Part shown: one piece after another, positions 27,101 through 40,516 of the stretch
Numbering within the stretch: the first letter of the stretch is position 1
Layout: every line of letters starts with the position of its first letter
Source of the DNA: Sphagnum compactum
Lineage: Eukaryota
Assembly (NCBI GenBank): GCA_965153455.1
Contig: OZ234494.1
Span: 6,200,001-6,264,000, forward strand
Direction: 5' to 3'
DNA: 64,000 bases
Program-made: the position numbers and the translations under genes
The notes under the pieces: generated by a model
Database searches by the model: none
Told to the model about the DNA's origin: nothing
Seen by the model: the letters and a program-made list of their open reading frames with translations, nothing else

Positions 27101-29499
27101 TTTGTGCCCTTGAGGTGGTTGCATGTGCAACTAAATTCCAATATGACAGGAAAACATTACAACAATACCCTAGACATACACAAAAACATCTAGAAGACCA
27201 TTATAATCCATTTTCATACCCAATTCCAAGTTAGAAGCCAATGCATAATGCAAGTAATTGGCTAGAAAGAACAATACATTGTCAAAAGGTTATTATGCAA
27301 CGAAACAATATATATGGAAGGAGAAGGCACTGATATGCACACACACAACATTGCTTGAAATGAGAGATTGAGTAATGTTGCACGAAATAAAAAGTTCCCA
27401 AATGCTAGAAGCCCATTTCACATCTGAATAGGATTGAACTAGATGATAACAAAAGTTTGTTTAAATTGGTTTTAAGTTAATGCTTACCCACCATGCTTAT
27501 TTATGCATTAAGACAATGGATGGCTAGTCCATCAAGTCATCAACTTATTAATGACAATATAGTACATTACATTTTCCCCTACCAAAATTTGAAATTGATA
27601 AATAACAATTTTGGTTGAACATGAGGTCCCAATGTCATGATTTTAAGGGTTTATTTTGTGCCCATGTACAGGGTTTAAGAGTTTAAAATCATGTTTTAGG
27701 GTTAGGGTCATGGATCATGGTTTAAGGTTAAGGATGAAATTATCTTTACAAACCAAATTTTGAAGTTAAAGTTTGTGTATGTAAAAGGATTAAGTTAAAA
27801 ATCAGCCTTAAATGGGTGGGTTTAGATGTTGTTAGGTAGAAGGTAAAAGTCTAAGACTTACACAAATATTTGCATGGGGATTATATGAGGAAAAATTCTT
27901 CCCAAAGTTTTTCTCTCTTCGTTTGAGCATATGAAATTTTCTTCAAACTTTAGCCATGACTCCTCTTTTAAGAATTCAATGATTTTAAGTAATCCAAACA
28001 ATGAAAAAATGTTTAAGGATATGGATCAAAAGGGTACCATGTTTTTTGAATGTGCATTTGTTGTTACCAAACTGGGGATCTTTTTTCAATACATATGAAA
28101 TGGAAAAGGGGGTAATGAATTTGTGAATTCAACTATTACTATTCCTGATTGATGGGTTGGTTAGAATGTGAAGCACTTCAGCATTGAGTTTGACCAATTT
28201 CACTTTGGTAAAATTTGATGAATCGGCTTTTGTCGTGGCTTGTATAATCACCACACATGTTATGTGTAGAATTGAACCCCTTATTTCATCATTGTGACCT
28301 CAAAGTTGCAAGTAAAACAATAGGTCCAATTTTTAAGATTAACATTAGGGTCAACATTAAAGTTACTAATCACATTTTAGGGTTGGGGTTAAAGTCAAAT
28401 GCTTGGTTGTAGATAAGATTTAAGATTTATTTATTATGTTATTTTTAAAATCATGTTTATGGTTTTAATTTTAGGAATTGGTGAAAGATGTTAGGGTCAA
28501 GTTTAAAATTATTGACCATATTTTAGGGTTAAGGTTAATTTAAAATTTATTTTTGCCATTACAAGGTTTACGATTTGGGTCCTTTAAAAGGTTTAGATCA
28601 TGTTTTAAAGTTAGGGTTAAGGATCAAACCTAATTTGGCCATGGGATGACATATGATATTCAAATTATATTCAGCAAGTTACCAAAGTTAGCCCTTATAA
28701 ATGTATTTTCAACTTTATTTCAAACATGAAGCACAATAATGTGACCATGTATGATGTTATGTGAAATTTGATACACACTTGGGCTTGTCAAATGGTAATG
28801 GAATAAATATCTTATCAATTTCCATAGTTGTAACAAAATGCAACCTAGGGTGTTCCTTAGTTGCCTCCACTTGGGGGTTAGAGGGGAGTGTGGGAACTCT
28901 TGGATGGGATTAAAATGAAGGTGTTAATGTAAATTGACAAGAAAATCAACCTACACAAACCAAACAATAAATTGGTAAGCATGACAAGTTGGAAGTGATT
29001 AGTGTCAAAACTTAATCCTGGGCAATCTAAACTCATTTTATTCACATGGCCCAAACCTTTGGGAAGAGACACCATTTTTCTCATTATAGTTTATTATGTG
29101 TATGGGATCTCCACAACGAAGGTTGGTATGGTTATCTGGAATGCTCTTAACAAACACATGTGTTCTAACCTCTAAGGAGATTAGTAGGTAGGTTAAGGTG
29201 GAGGATTATTCTAGAGTTCACTAGTGTTGTATGGGTATCTTTGTCAATGGTGAAAAGTCGGTGTTTTATTTCATCATAGTATTTTTTTTGATGATTTTGT
29301 TATGATGTGATTAATTGTCACCTACCTTCCCTTTTTAGGGGCTTCCATGTAATTGGTGACAAACAATAAATTGAATTGGGAGTTTTGAAAATTGTCAAAT
29401 TATGAATCCTGAAACTTTGCAAGTTCATAACTTTTGCATACAAACTTCAATTGAAAAACTTTGAAAGGAGAAACTATATCCATTGAAGGGTTTTCAAAC

Positions 29500-29910
29500 A
29501 CCATATTGCACGATTAATTTAGAGGTCATTTAACTTTTAATTTTTAGGTTTCAATGGTTGCGAATCAAATTGTCAATTTGATTTTTGACCTTTTTTGGTC
29601 AAATTTTGAAATTTAGATCTTCAAATGTAGATTATAAGCCTATTTTCAATATTTACATTTAAAGATCTTTCCAAAAATAAAAAAATAATTTGATTTAAAC
29701 AAGGTTTGACCTCTACATTATTGTCCCAAAAATTTGAGACATTTTGGGATTCCAATTCCCAAAATGATTTTACTTGGGAATGCTTGAAACTCACTTCCTT
29801 TACATTCTTCCACACTCGTGAAAATGTATGTGAATTCTAAAACATTCTTTTGGCTTGCATTTTTTCTTGTGCCCCTAGCCTTGATCATGATCCCAATGTT
29901 AAGATCATGG
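29500..29910 (+). repeat. Dispersed repeat, copy 2
   Basis: Same motif order as 6340-6790. Confidence 0.65.
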
Positions 29911-31477
29911 TGGAATTTATCTAAATCCACATTGTTCTTTTTTTTTTTGCATTGATGAGTCATGCACTTATGGATTAGGATACTTGGCCAAAATTTAAGA
30001 AAATAATCACCTTAAATAGCTAGTTGTAAGATTTACCGAATTATATTGGATTCATTAATGGACATTGAATGAGATTTGAAAACCTTTAATAAATGAGCCC
30101 ACATAGACCTAATTTAATGGCGAAAAAAAATATGTTCAATGAACAACACTATGATTTTGGATCAAAATGGTCTATTTATTTACATAAACGCAATTAAATT
30201 AGGTCCTACCATGATGTGAACATGCATCCTCTAGTACTATATCATTTACAGAAATTAACATTAATATTTCATACATTGTGATAACAATTTTGGATATTTG
30301 TTGAAAATTTTAAGGTACATGAAAGACAAAATGTTCTTTGATAAAAGATATGGAAATTGGAGGTAGCTTTTAATGTTAATAATGTTGTAATGAGACCTTA
30401 TAACAAAATGCATGTTGGCTATAATGTGTAAGTAAATTTGGTGGTCTCAAAAGAGAATGGAAATATTTCTTGAAGAGGTTTGAAATTCAACTAAATAAAA
30501 ATTTACACATTTGTTCTAAATTGTAGCTCTAAGTTCACAAACTTTTTGCATAATAAACACATGGACCTCACATACAAGGTGATCAATGATTGTATTTTGC
30601 AAATGGGTGGCATGTTAAAAATTGTTAAGTAGACTTTATTCTAAACTCATTTTTTATTATCACATTGAATTTTTTAATTGCAATGGGAAATTACTTGTTA
30701 AGATGATGTGGAAAATTAAAATTGGTTACAAAAGGTGAGAGATTAAAAGTTCATATTTTTTACAATGGCCAAAAATATTTGTTAAAAGAAATGTTAAACT
30801 ATAACATTATGTAAAAGGGTCCATACAAGCACATTAAAAGGTGTCCTATTGCTTTTTATTTATTTATTGTTTATTTGGAAACATCTTGGAAAAAATATTT
30901 CAAAATATTTTAGAACTTCATTATATTATTATATTAATTTTTGTGTAAGGGTAGGTAACATCTACATGAATATGTGTTCACTTCTAAATAGGACAAAGCT
31001 TGGGTGTGAAACACAAGGTTTTTATAATAACATCTTTGTGATCCTAAGGTTGGGTGGAGAGCTCATAATAAAAAGAAGTGCTTTTATCATCTCTATTCTC
31101 ACGTCGATCCACTGTCAATTTCCAACAAAAACGACCCAAGGTACTATTCAAAGGTAAGTAGGTAGTTTTTGACAAGTAGATAGATAGTAATGGCCAAGTA
31201 GGTAAGCCGTACTGAAAAGGTCAGTAGGCAGTCCATGGCAAGTAGGTGGGTAATCGTGAATAGCAATATATTTTTGCGAGACGGCGAAAAAGCCTTAAAC
31301 TTGACCAACAATCGATGGGCAACGAAACCCCCAAACGGGATGATGGCGCGTTGTTTCGTTATATCTTCCTAGTGTGAACCCGGTGCCCGATGCATAATGC
31401 ACCCGTCGAGCTCCCCTGCCCGATCCTTCCCATTGCCCACTCCGGTTCTTTACCCCGTCGACCCCCCCCCCTATGTG

Positions 31478-31550
31478 GGCCCGGCTCCCCTGACCCCGAA
31501 GGCGGGTACCGGGCCCCCGGCTCCCCTGACCCCGAAGGCGGGTACCGGGC
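31478..31550 (+). repeat. GC-rich ~36-bp tandem duplication upstream of KOR
   Basis: CCGGCTCCCCTGACCCCGAAGGCGGGTACCGGGC occurs twice in tandem. Confidence 0.9.
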
Positions 31551-31725
31551 TGGTTCTTTCCGGGTAATGTCAACTCTTCGCATCGTTGTAGCCGCCCTCT
31601 CTTCTCTCTCTCGTGCTTTCTCCACCCGTTTGCAACATGCTTCCTGCTGCATCCACATCGGTGAACATGACGACGCTCGCTCTTTCCTCGTCTCTCACGC
31701 GTAATTAGGTGCTGCTTCACATCAG

Positions 31726-31970
31726 GTATGATTCCTACTACTTTTGTATCGTGTTGTGTTGTTATCTGCGATTTTTTTCTTTTTCTTTTTGTATTTTTTT
31801 GGTTCTATTCTTTGGCGGCAGTTTGGGAATGTGAGTGGTTTTCTGTGTGCGTGCTTTTTCTTTGGTTTGTTGTTATCTACCTTGTGTACTTTTTGTGCAG
31901 TAATGCAATTGTAGGTACATCTGTTTTGAGTTTGGTTTTGAATGCTTTTCGTTTTGCTTTTTGGTTGCAG
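31726..31970 (+). other. Probable 5'UTR intron of the KOR-like gene
   Basis: CAG|GTATGA donor, very T-rich body and TTTTTGGTTGCAG acceptor, upstream of the ATG at 33144. Confidence 0.6.
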
Positions 31971-33143
31971 GGTGCGAAGGTGGACAGTATAACGTTGTCG
32001 TGGCCGCCGTGGTGGAGGTGGTGAAACGAGATTTTTTGGTTTCCTGTACCCGGAAGAAAGAAGTGCCGTTGTGGAAGTCGCGACAGAATTTCGGAGGAAA
32101 GAAGGTTGTGAGGGCAGGGTTTCGGAGGAAGAAGGTTGCGAGTTTGCTGCCCTCTGTGGTCTTGGAAGCCGTGGGAACAGAAGAGACTCATTCTCTTTTG
32201 GAAGGGAGGGAGGGATACCTGAGCTGAAGAACCGAGGTGCAGGACGAGGAGGAGGAGAGTTCTTGTCACCGGACGAGGTCTCACAAGTCCTCAACACTTC
32301 CCGTTGCACTTAGGACCTGTAGTTGTTGTGCACTTGAAAATTTTCACAACTGCAGCTCCCTCTCTCTCTCTCTCTCTGCAGCCTTCCTTGCTGCTCAAAA
32401 TATAGCCTTGGTGCAGAAACCACAACTTCAGGAGCACAAGACTGCTTGCTAAAAATGGTCAGGAAAGAAGGAAACCGTCAGGAGAAGAAGAAAAAGGCAA
32501 ATGTGAACATGAGAGAAAAAGACTAAAGAAACTGGAATAATCAACAAAGAAAGTCCAGAAGTCTCAAAAATCATACTCTCTTTCTCCTGCGATTTGCTCT
32601 CAGTCATTTCTCAGGATCACTACCAGACACTCTCATCCATCTTTGTAGTTGGGATTTTCTCTCATGATCCGTCAAGGTCCTTCTGCCGGGGGGTGGAGTC
32701 AGAGAGAGCAACCAACTACTATGCAGTATCTAATTCGTGCAACAATAGGGCTTTCAGTGTGCATATCTATGGGCAATGCAGCAATTCAGACAGTTGGATC
32801 ATAGTAATTCTGTGCGGAGATTGAGTGGTCATGCATATTAGGTTTCAAGGTTGCACATGATTAGTGTACAGGTTGGGCAATCCACACTGCTGGGCACCTA
32901 AACCAGATCCTAGCACCAATTCCGCCTTTAAGGAGTTCAGTTAATCAGGTGTTGTGGGTTTTGTCTCATTGACAGGGAGCTTATTGTGAACATATATGTG
33001 TGCTCTCCTCCCCCTCTGACTTCATCTTTTGTTTGGTGGTTGGGACAGATTGCATTAAGGAACAGCAAGCAGTTCTGTTTCTGTGAAGAGCTTTGTGTCA
33101 TCACCAGGGTTTCCAACCAGTGTTTTTTTGCTTGGGGTGAAAG

Positions 33144-34985
33144 ATGTATAATTCATGGGGAGGTCCATTGGAGGTTGCGGCAATGGACTCTGGTGCAGAG
33201 GATGATCGGAGCCGAAACCTGGACTTTGACCGGGCATCTGTAAGAAGCTTGGAAGAGACTCAGCAGAGTTGGCTTTTAGAACCTGCAAGGAACAAATCAA
33301 AACCGCAGATTGATTTTGGGTGCATGACATGTAGCCGCAAGTTCTTCTTCACCTTTGTGTGCGTGCTCTTTGCTGCATGTGTTGTGGTGGGCTTTGCCAT
33401 TCTCATATGGAAAGTGGCACCTCACAAGCACTCATCCCCACCGCCCCCTGACACGTACACAGTTGCTTTCCACAAATCTCTTTTGTTCTTTGATGCACAA
33501 AAATCTGGTAGATTGCCTCCTTCAAACAACATTTCATGGCGAGGGACATCAGCTACGAGGGATGGGTCTGATGCGATTGGTGCATCACCCACAGATCTTA
33601 CTGGAGGATTCTATGATGCAGGTGACAACATCAAGTTTGGCTTCCCAGGTGCCTACGCAATGACTTTGTTGAGCTGGAGTGCTATTGAGTACGCCGAGAA
33701 ATACAAAGCAGCTGGAGAGTTTGACCATGTGAAGGAGATCATAAAGTGGGGGACAGACTACATAATGAAGACATTCAATATCTCTTCCACCAATATCCAG
33801 ACAGTTTTTGCACAGGTGGGCGCTGGGAATGACTCTGTGAGTAATGACCATAGTTGCTGGGAGCGCCCTGAGGACATGGATTATGCCCGGCCAGCTTATG
33901 CTGTGAGTTCTGGTCCAGACCTGGGTGGAGAAATGGCAGCTGCCCTAGCAGCAGCTTCCATAGTGTTCAAGGCCGACTCACCAACATACTCTTCAAAACT
34001 GCTTATGGCTGCCAGAAATATATACACCTTTGCTCGGGATGGTGGAAAACGGAGCCGTTTTGTCACTCAGCTTCCGCCAGGAGAGCAAGTCTTTTACAAC
34101 TCAACAGGTTACTGGGATGAGTATGTATGGGGGGGTGCATGGCTGTATTATGCAACAGGGAATAGTACATATCTTTCTCTTGTGACCAACCCAACACTGG
34201 CAGCTCATGCAGGTGCAAAAGGTGGAGGCCCATGGTTTGGTGTTTTCTCTTGGGATAATAAGCTTGCTGGTGCCCAGGTACTGTTGACAAGGTTGCATAT
34301 ACTGCAATCTCCTGGGTACCCATATGAGGCACAACTGCTACAATACTGGAATGAAACAAATACTGTCATGTGCTCATACTTACCCAATTTCAAAAGATTC
34401 AATCGCACCAGAGGTGGGCTTCTGGAATTGAACCATGGGGGTGGGCAGCCTTTGCAGTATGTTGTGAATGCAGCATTTTTGTCCGCACTTTATGCAGACT
34501 ATTTGGGAGCTGCAGATGTCCCAAGCTGGAATTGTGGTCCCTATGCTTTTGCAGTCGAATCTTTGCGGAATTTTTCTCGAAATCAAATAGACTACATTCT
34601 TGGGAAGAATCCTTTGAACATGAGCTATGTAGTAGGGTATGGGAACAAGTACCCAAAACAAGTTCATCACCGAGCTGCATCAATCCCCAAGAATGGAGTG
34701 CGGTATGGTTGTCAACAAGGCCGTGAATGGCTGAACAAGAATGCTCCAAATCCTCATGTTATTGAGGGTGCCATGGTTGGGGGGCCAAATTCACAAGACC
34801 AGTACAAGGATCACCGTGACGGCTATGGCCAGGCAGAGCCAACTGTGGCTGGAAATGCTGGGTTGACTGCTGCACTCATTGCACTTTCAACAGTGACATC
34901 TGGTGGCATAGATCCTAACACTATGTTTGGAGCAATTCCAATGGCAGCACCACCACCACCTCCTCCTGCCCCTTACCTGCCCTGA
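33144..34985 (+). CDS. KOR: Membrane-anchored GH9 class A endo-1,4-beta-glucanase, KORRIGAN-like; 613 aa, single coding exon
   Basis: Uninterrupted ORF with the KOR N-terminus ([14 protein letters not shown]), one TM helix, [24 protein letters not shown], the catalytic Glu in [11 protein letters not shown], and a Pro-rich C-terminal tail. Confidence 0.95.
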   Translation: MYNSWGGPLEVAAMDSGAEDDRSRNLDFDRASVRSLEETQQSWLLEPARNKSKPQIDFGCMTCSRKFFFTFVCVLFAACVVVGFAILIWKVAPHKHSSPPPPDTYTVAFHKSLLFFDAQKSGRLPPSNNISWRGTSATRDGSDAIGASPTDLTGGFYDAGDNIKFGFPGAYAMTLLSWSAIEYAEKYKAAGEFDHVKEIIKWGTDYIMKTFNISSTNIQTVFAQVGAGNDSVSNDHSCWERPEDMDYARPAYAVSSGPDLGGEMAAALAAASIVFKADSPTYSSKLLMAARNIYTFARDGGKRSRFVTQLPPGEQVFYNSTGYWDEYVWGGAWLYYATGNSTYLSLVTNPTLAAHAGAKGGGPWFGVFSWDNKLAGAQVLLTRLHILQSPGYPYEAQLLQYWNETNTVMCSYLPNFKRFNRTRGGLLELNHGGGQPLQYVVNAAFLSALYADYLGAADVPSWNCGPYAFAVESLRNFSRNQIDYILGKNPLNMSYVVGYGNKYPKQVHHRAASIPKNGVRYGCQQGREWLNKNAPNPHVIEGAMVGGPNSQDQYKDHRDGYGQAEPTVAGNAGLTAALIALSTVTSGGIDPNTMFGAIPMAAPPPPPPAPYLP

Positions 34986-35877
34986 TATCATGGAAGAATC
35001 ATGATAGAATCATCATCATGCAAAGCTGGTTATGACTGCTCACTGAAACAATGCACATTTTCCTGTACGTTCAAGATTCTGCAAGAGAATGGTTGTGGCC
35101 AAACACAAAGAGAGTTGTGAGTTATGCCAGTAAAGTAGTGGAAGCCATACATGTATGCACTGAGGAGTTTCAAAAGTTTGCCATGGCCTCAGTAACGTTT
35201 GTTGAGAGTTAGGCTCTGTGCCAAATGATTAGTCCCTGATACCAGGGAGTGCTGGAGCATTGGAAGAGTCCTGAAACCTGGAGCAAAGTCTCACATGTAG
35301 GCATGCTTGGTGGGTATACCACAGCCACAAACTGTCCACTGACTCACAAGACATGATTATATCAGACTTCTCCTTCATAAATGAGGAGCTATCTCATGGG
35401 TACCTATCCACAGGCACAACTGGAAAAACCAGTAAGGAAAATTAGACCTGTTTTTCAAGTTATGGTACAGAATCAATTTGCTATCTGTTTTCTTGATCAC
35501 ACATTGCATGCTTTTGATGCTTGATTTGCTGAGTCTTTTCTCTGAGTGGAACTTTTAAGTCAAATCTCTGTTCTCTGGCCAGCTGTTACCATTGAGATTC
35601 CAGTTCACCACTTCCCCCTGTACAGCAGCTCTTATTTACATACACCTGAGTGAAAAACAGGTGCACCTGGAACGCATGATTCTTCTTCTTCCTTGTGGCA
35701 GTCCATTTTATGACTTTTGGCACCTGGGGTACTCTGAAAATTGCAATGTCTGTAGGTTTTCTATCACCTTTTTTTGTATTACTGCAAAATTTAATATTTG
35801 AAATTTGAGAAATAAGTGATTTTGGAAGTTTTCAGTAGCTAGAAGTGGGGTTGGGAATTTATTCGATTCATATATGT

Positions 35878-36040
35878 GGTTTTCATTGTGTAGGCAAACA
35901 TGTAGAAGGATCATTAAAGATTAAAGTAAACTATACGTTGTTTTCATTTTGTAGGCAAACATATAGAAGGATAATTAAAGCTTATCGGCAAACTATATGT
36001 AGTTTTCATGGTGTAGGGAAACATATAGAAGGATCATTAA
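35878..36040 (+). repeat. Tandem repeat, ~61 bp unit, about 3 copies
   Basis: TTTTCAT..TGTAGG.AAACAT.TAGAAGGAT.ATTAA occurs three times. Confidence 0.8.
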
Positions 36041-36669
36041 CTGAGGTACTTATTCTGTTTCATATGGTGCCTCACAAGTCTAACTTTCTTTTTTTGCAAT
36101 GAAAGTGGAGGCTCCCCAAAATAGAAGATTCTACGGAAAGATGAAGTGCTTCCCCCTTTGGCCCACCCATATAAGTGAGAAGGGGAGGACTTTGGGCAAA
36201 ACATATGAAATTAAATTGAGCTGCTATTGGGAACATCCTTGAGGAACACATTGGGAACCTAGGGAACATATTGAGAACCTGATGGGAACTCATTGAGAAC
36301 TTGAAAGGAACATGTTAGGAACAAAGGATAAATGAAAAAAATCCTCCCCCCCCCCCCCACCCCGCCACCCAAAACTTAAAAGAGAAAAGATCAAGGCACT
36401 TTGAGTGCATGCTGAGCCTTCCCATTGGCTGCATGAAATTTCTATTTACAAAACCGTTCCTCACCATTTTTAGCCCCTCACCATTTTTAGTCTGGGCTAA
36501 TACGCCCATTATAAACTGGGGGTACTTTATGTATTTTATTTAGCTAGATTTAAATAAATGTTCAGAGGGATGATCTCCACTTTTTCTACATCTCCCAACG
36601 AATAGTCGTCACTTTAACTACGTACACAAATTCCTAAACAAACAGGGGCCACCGGCCCTAGGACTGAAC

Positions 36670-37112
36670 CGGTATTGACCGGTTATTGATTTTTTTCATA
36701 ACTGGTCAGGTTGGTTTTTTTTTAATCTGTAATTTGGGACAACACATGTTACTAATATCAATATCAAAACTAAATACCCCCATTATCGATTTACCTGGTT
36801 ATCCGTTTTGTAATAACCATCCGTTGGTTCTGAAATTCCCAACCGAGACCCACCAATTATACTGTCTATTAAACAGCAAGTTCTTTCTTTACTTTCTGTA
36901 TTCCTGTTTTGTATCATAAACATGTTTAGAATTTTAGAATTGATAACCTAGCTGGATGATAATCAGGTCTTCCTGGTAGGTTAAAAAAATTTCAAAGTTC
37001 AATACAAGGTGTGCAGGTTATTAACCGGTTATCAAACATCAATACCCAATTGGAAGGTCATCAGTACCTGGGTTGCTAACCATATCAAAACTCAATACCC
37101 GGCCAACACCTG
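36670..37112. mobile_element. hAT-type MITE, 443 bp
   Basis: Perfect 8-bp direct repeat GACTGAAC flanks both ends (36662-36669 and 37113-37120). Imperfect TIRs: CGGTATTGACCGGTTATTGA versus the right-end reverse complement CAGGTGTTGGCCGGGTATTGA. No coding capacity. Confidence 0.75.
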
Positions 37113-37617
37113 GACTGAACCAGTACAATACGACAATGCCACCAGTTCATTCTGGATCTAACAGGTTCGGTCCGCTTTGATTTGTTACACCTGGATACAA
37201 TGTACATACTGTAACTTATAAGGTTTAAGGAGTGAATCCTCTGTATGCCTGCCGCAATGAGAACTTAAAAGGATTCTGTACACACTTCTGCAAACGAAGT
37301 CACATATAACATAAGTCACCAATAGTAAATCACAGATAAAAAGAGACGCTCTCTCCTGCAAATGTTGTAAATCCACTGTTTCTATTTGCCAACTGTTGAT
37401 CCATCGTAGTGTTTCCCTGAACAATCTGCAGAATGAGTGGAGCCAGTTTTGCTTCAAATATGCCACCTCTCTACAGTCCAATATTCTGAACCTTTGTTCA
37501 CATTGACACTGTCAATCTTAGTTGCTCTATTGTCTCAACATGACTGGCACTTGCCTAAATTATTCAGCTGCCAAATCTATGCAATAGTCAGAATAATCAC
37601 CCCTGATAGTAGTGCCT

Positions 37618-39332
37618 TCAATGGGGTAATACTTTTAGCTTCTCCACTGGCCACATTTGAAAGAGCTCCCAACCAGAGTGGCAATCATTGACAACCTTGA
37701 GTGCAGTGATCCCGATCATGGATTGCAGGGTATCAATCGATTGAGTTGCATCCATGTTCTGCAGTTTTCCAGAAAAACATTCCAATGATGGTCATTCTAC
37801 ATCACTGCAGATTCCAACTAAAATCTCATGAGCCTGATATTGCTAAATTCTACCAATCAAGGCATGGACAACCACATTTGTAGCAGAATTGAATATAACA
37901 ACTCAAAACAGTATCCCAAGGACAAACTCGTCACAAGGTTCTAAAGTGGTAGTCAGAACAGAAGGCTTACACAAACTGTTGACTGTACCTACCTGCCAGG
38001 ATAAGTCCTGCAAAGATTTGAAATTGAGTTCAACCTTCTTCTGAAACTCAACTTATTAATAGTGCTCACCACCATAGCCTCCTCTCTCTGCAGCAACCTG
38101 CCAAATTCAGAAGCCCTTAGATCACATTTTCTGACACTTGAATAGTTAAACCCACAACCACTAATGATTGGTTCATATTCTTAGAAAATCCCCATGCAAA
38201 TGGAACATGGAATGGACCAGGCATACAATCACATCTTAACTTCTCAACCCGAAAAGAAGCCACAATGACTATAACTTGCATGCCACTCAAGTAAACTGGA
38301 AGCAGGGATATGAAAGCAATAGAAACTTCATAAACTTTACCTCAGCAGGAATATCGAGATAAAGCACAAGATCAGGTGCCAGCAGCCCTGCCTCTGGTGC
38401 CTGCACCACCAATTTGCACACCTTCACTAAACTCTGTCCATTCTATACAGTTTCAAAAGTCCACATGTGTGCAACACAAGCAAATCTAATCCTTAAACAG
38501 AAAGCTAAGAAAGTGTAAAAAAATCACACTTATCTTTAATTCACATCCTCCACAAATTTCTGAACAAGGATGTGATCTTTTCTGCCCTGGGTTTTGTTTT
38601 GTCCCTGCATCTTTCCATAGTCAGCACTAGAACAGGCTGCGCATAATTCAGGATTCAGAGTGAAAAGAAGATTTGTTCTTCAGGATGCACAGGGTTGGCT
38701 GGCCATAGAATGCAGCTTCTTCAGGTGCGCAGGGTACAGATGCCTGCTTACTTTGGTACAGATGCCTGCTTATTTTGCACCAATTCAGATCAAGGCCTTT
38801 TGCAGCTGAAAATGCAACTCCTGAGTATGAATATCGGTCAACCACCAAGGTTGCGCCCGCTCTTAGCTTTGCCTCCATCAAAGCCCTGCCATAATACTTC
38901 CCAACACCTTCTCACTTCGACATCACCTACCCTGCCCATTTCCTTTGTAACTCTTAATCCTAAACCTAAAAACCTAAACCCTAATTCATTGAACTCTCTA
39001 CTCTTTCCAGCAGATTCTTCACCTTAATGTGCCAAGGGGTTCCCAATTGGTTGCTCCAAGACTTCTATGTTTTGTTCTTTGGTAGAGGAACTAACCGTTT
39101 TTCCCAGCGATTTGCAGAGAAGAGAAGGTGGATGGAAGCATCATCAAGGTCCATCTGGCTGGATAAGTAGGAGGAGATCATCTTCCCCATGGGTGCAGTG
39201 TGATCCAGGAAACGCCAAGCCTCCACAGATAGCCCTTGGGTATGCAAGGAGGTCAAACGGCTGCGAGCTCTTGCCACTGCAATCCAGGCCTTCAAGTACA
39301 ATCAGCACACCCCTGCGAACGTCTACTGCCAT
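37618..39332 (-). pseudogene. TMK: Thymidylate (dTMP) kinase pseudogene, 5 exons
   Basis: Exon remnants 39332-39096, 38885-38774, 38400-38341, 38097-37993 and 37758-37618 encode [45 protein letters not shown] and APDLVLYLDI. Lesions: frameshift near 39260, exon 2 donor reads AT instead of GT, and in-frame TAA TAA at 38053-38058. Confidence 0.88.
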
Positions 39333-40516
39333 CACCCCTATTGCTGCTGCTGCATGTAATGACACCATCAATAATGTTCTTCGCAATGCTGCAATTTTTT
39401 TCCTTGAAATTTGTGTTCATCGATCACACACATCTCGCTCTTGTAATGGCAATTCCCGAACTGTGACTTCACCCAAAACAGTAGCTACTAAACCCTAGAC
39501 TGGAGCAGCCAACAAGTCTCTATTTCATTCCATCCTTCTGCTTCACACTCTCCTCTGGTAGCTTCTGAAGTTCGGCAGCACAGTGCAGATATTTTTGCAA
39601 GAACAAAAGAAGCATGAAGCACAGACATGATTCAACATTACAAATTGCCTTGTTCTGCTTCATAGTCTCCTGGAGCTCCAGAAGTCTGCCACTGCACAGA
39701 GCAGACTTTTTTGCAAGGACAAAAGCATGAAGCACAGAAATGATTCAACATCACAAACTGCCACACAGTACACACATTTTCTCAACAACAATTGCACAAA
39801 GAAGAGGAGATATAGTGGTTATGGCAACTGGATTTTGCTTGAGACAGAAACAAAAACAGCTTCATCAATAAAGAGCTTTGCTTGAATCCTAAAATTCTCA
39901 TTCATGTTTCCATTGTTCATATATCATAGACCTGCTTTCTGCTGCTTCAAATGCTTGGGGGAAAAGCTTCCCACTATAGTGTGGCAAAGTATGATGAAAA
40001 TAGCAGTTCTCCTATTTTAACCAAAAGAAAACTGCAGGATGGACAAGGAACAAAGCAATGGAGCTGATTACTCCTGACCCCACCCCAAGCAAATGAACTG
40101 TAGGAACTGAGCATGTGTCCAAGCAAAGGCTTATCAACACTACATGAGCTTCTCTGTCCTGAATTGATAGCACACTGTGAGACTGATACAAAGATGTCAA
40201 CAGTGTACAGGTTTGTTTCCCAGGCAGTCAACTGTAGCTGGCTGGATCAGAGATGTCATGGCTGTGGTGGCACAGTTTCAACAAAGGAGCTGCCAAAAGA
40301 CAGTGAGGAAACTAGGAGTATGAATAAAGCAGCATGCTTCAGTGAATAATACTTCAGGCAGGAACCTTGTTAGATGAGAGTTCTAGAGGCATTAGTTAAA
40401 AGATGTTGAAGACAGTAGTGGGAGCTTATGATCTATTAGAAATGGTGCACTCTCAAGAGTTTCTCTGCATGAAGGAATCTGCATCTTCCAATCCACCTAC
40501 TGTACAGATGTTTCAG

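Noticed and set aside
31295-32452. Several overlapping ORFs of up to 195 aa upstream of KOR
   Set aside because: Explained by a GC-rich promoter, a T-rich intron and leader sequence; no protein motifs.
38053-38058. Stop readthrough or RNA editing rescuing TMK
   Set aside because: An independent frameshift and a dead splice donor are also present, so pseudogenisation is the simpler explanation.
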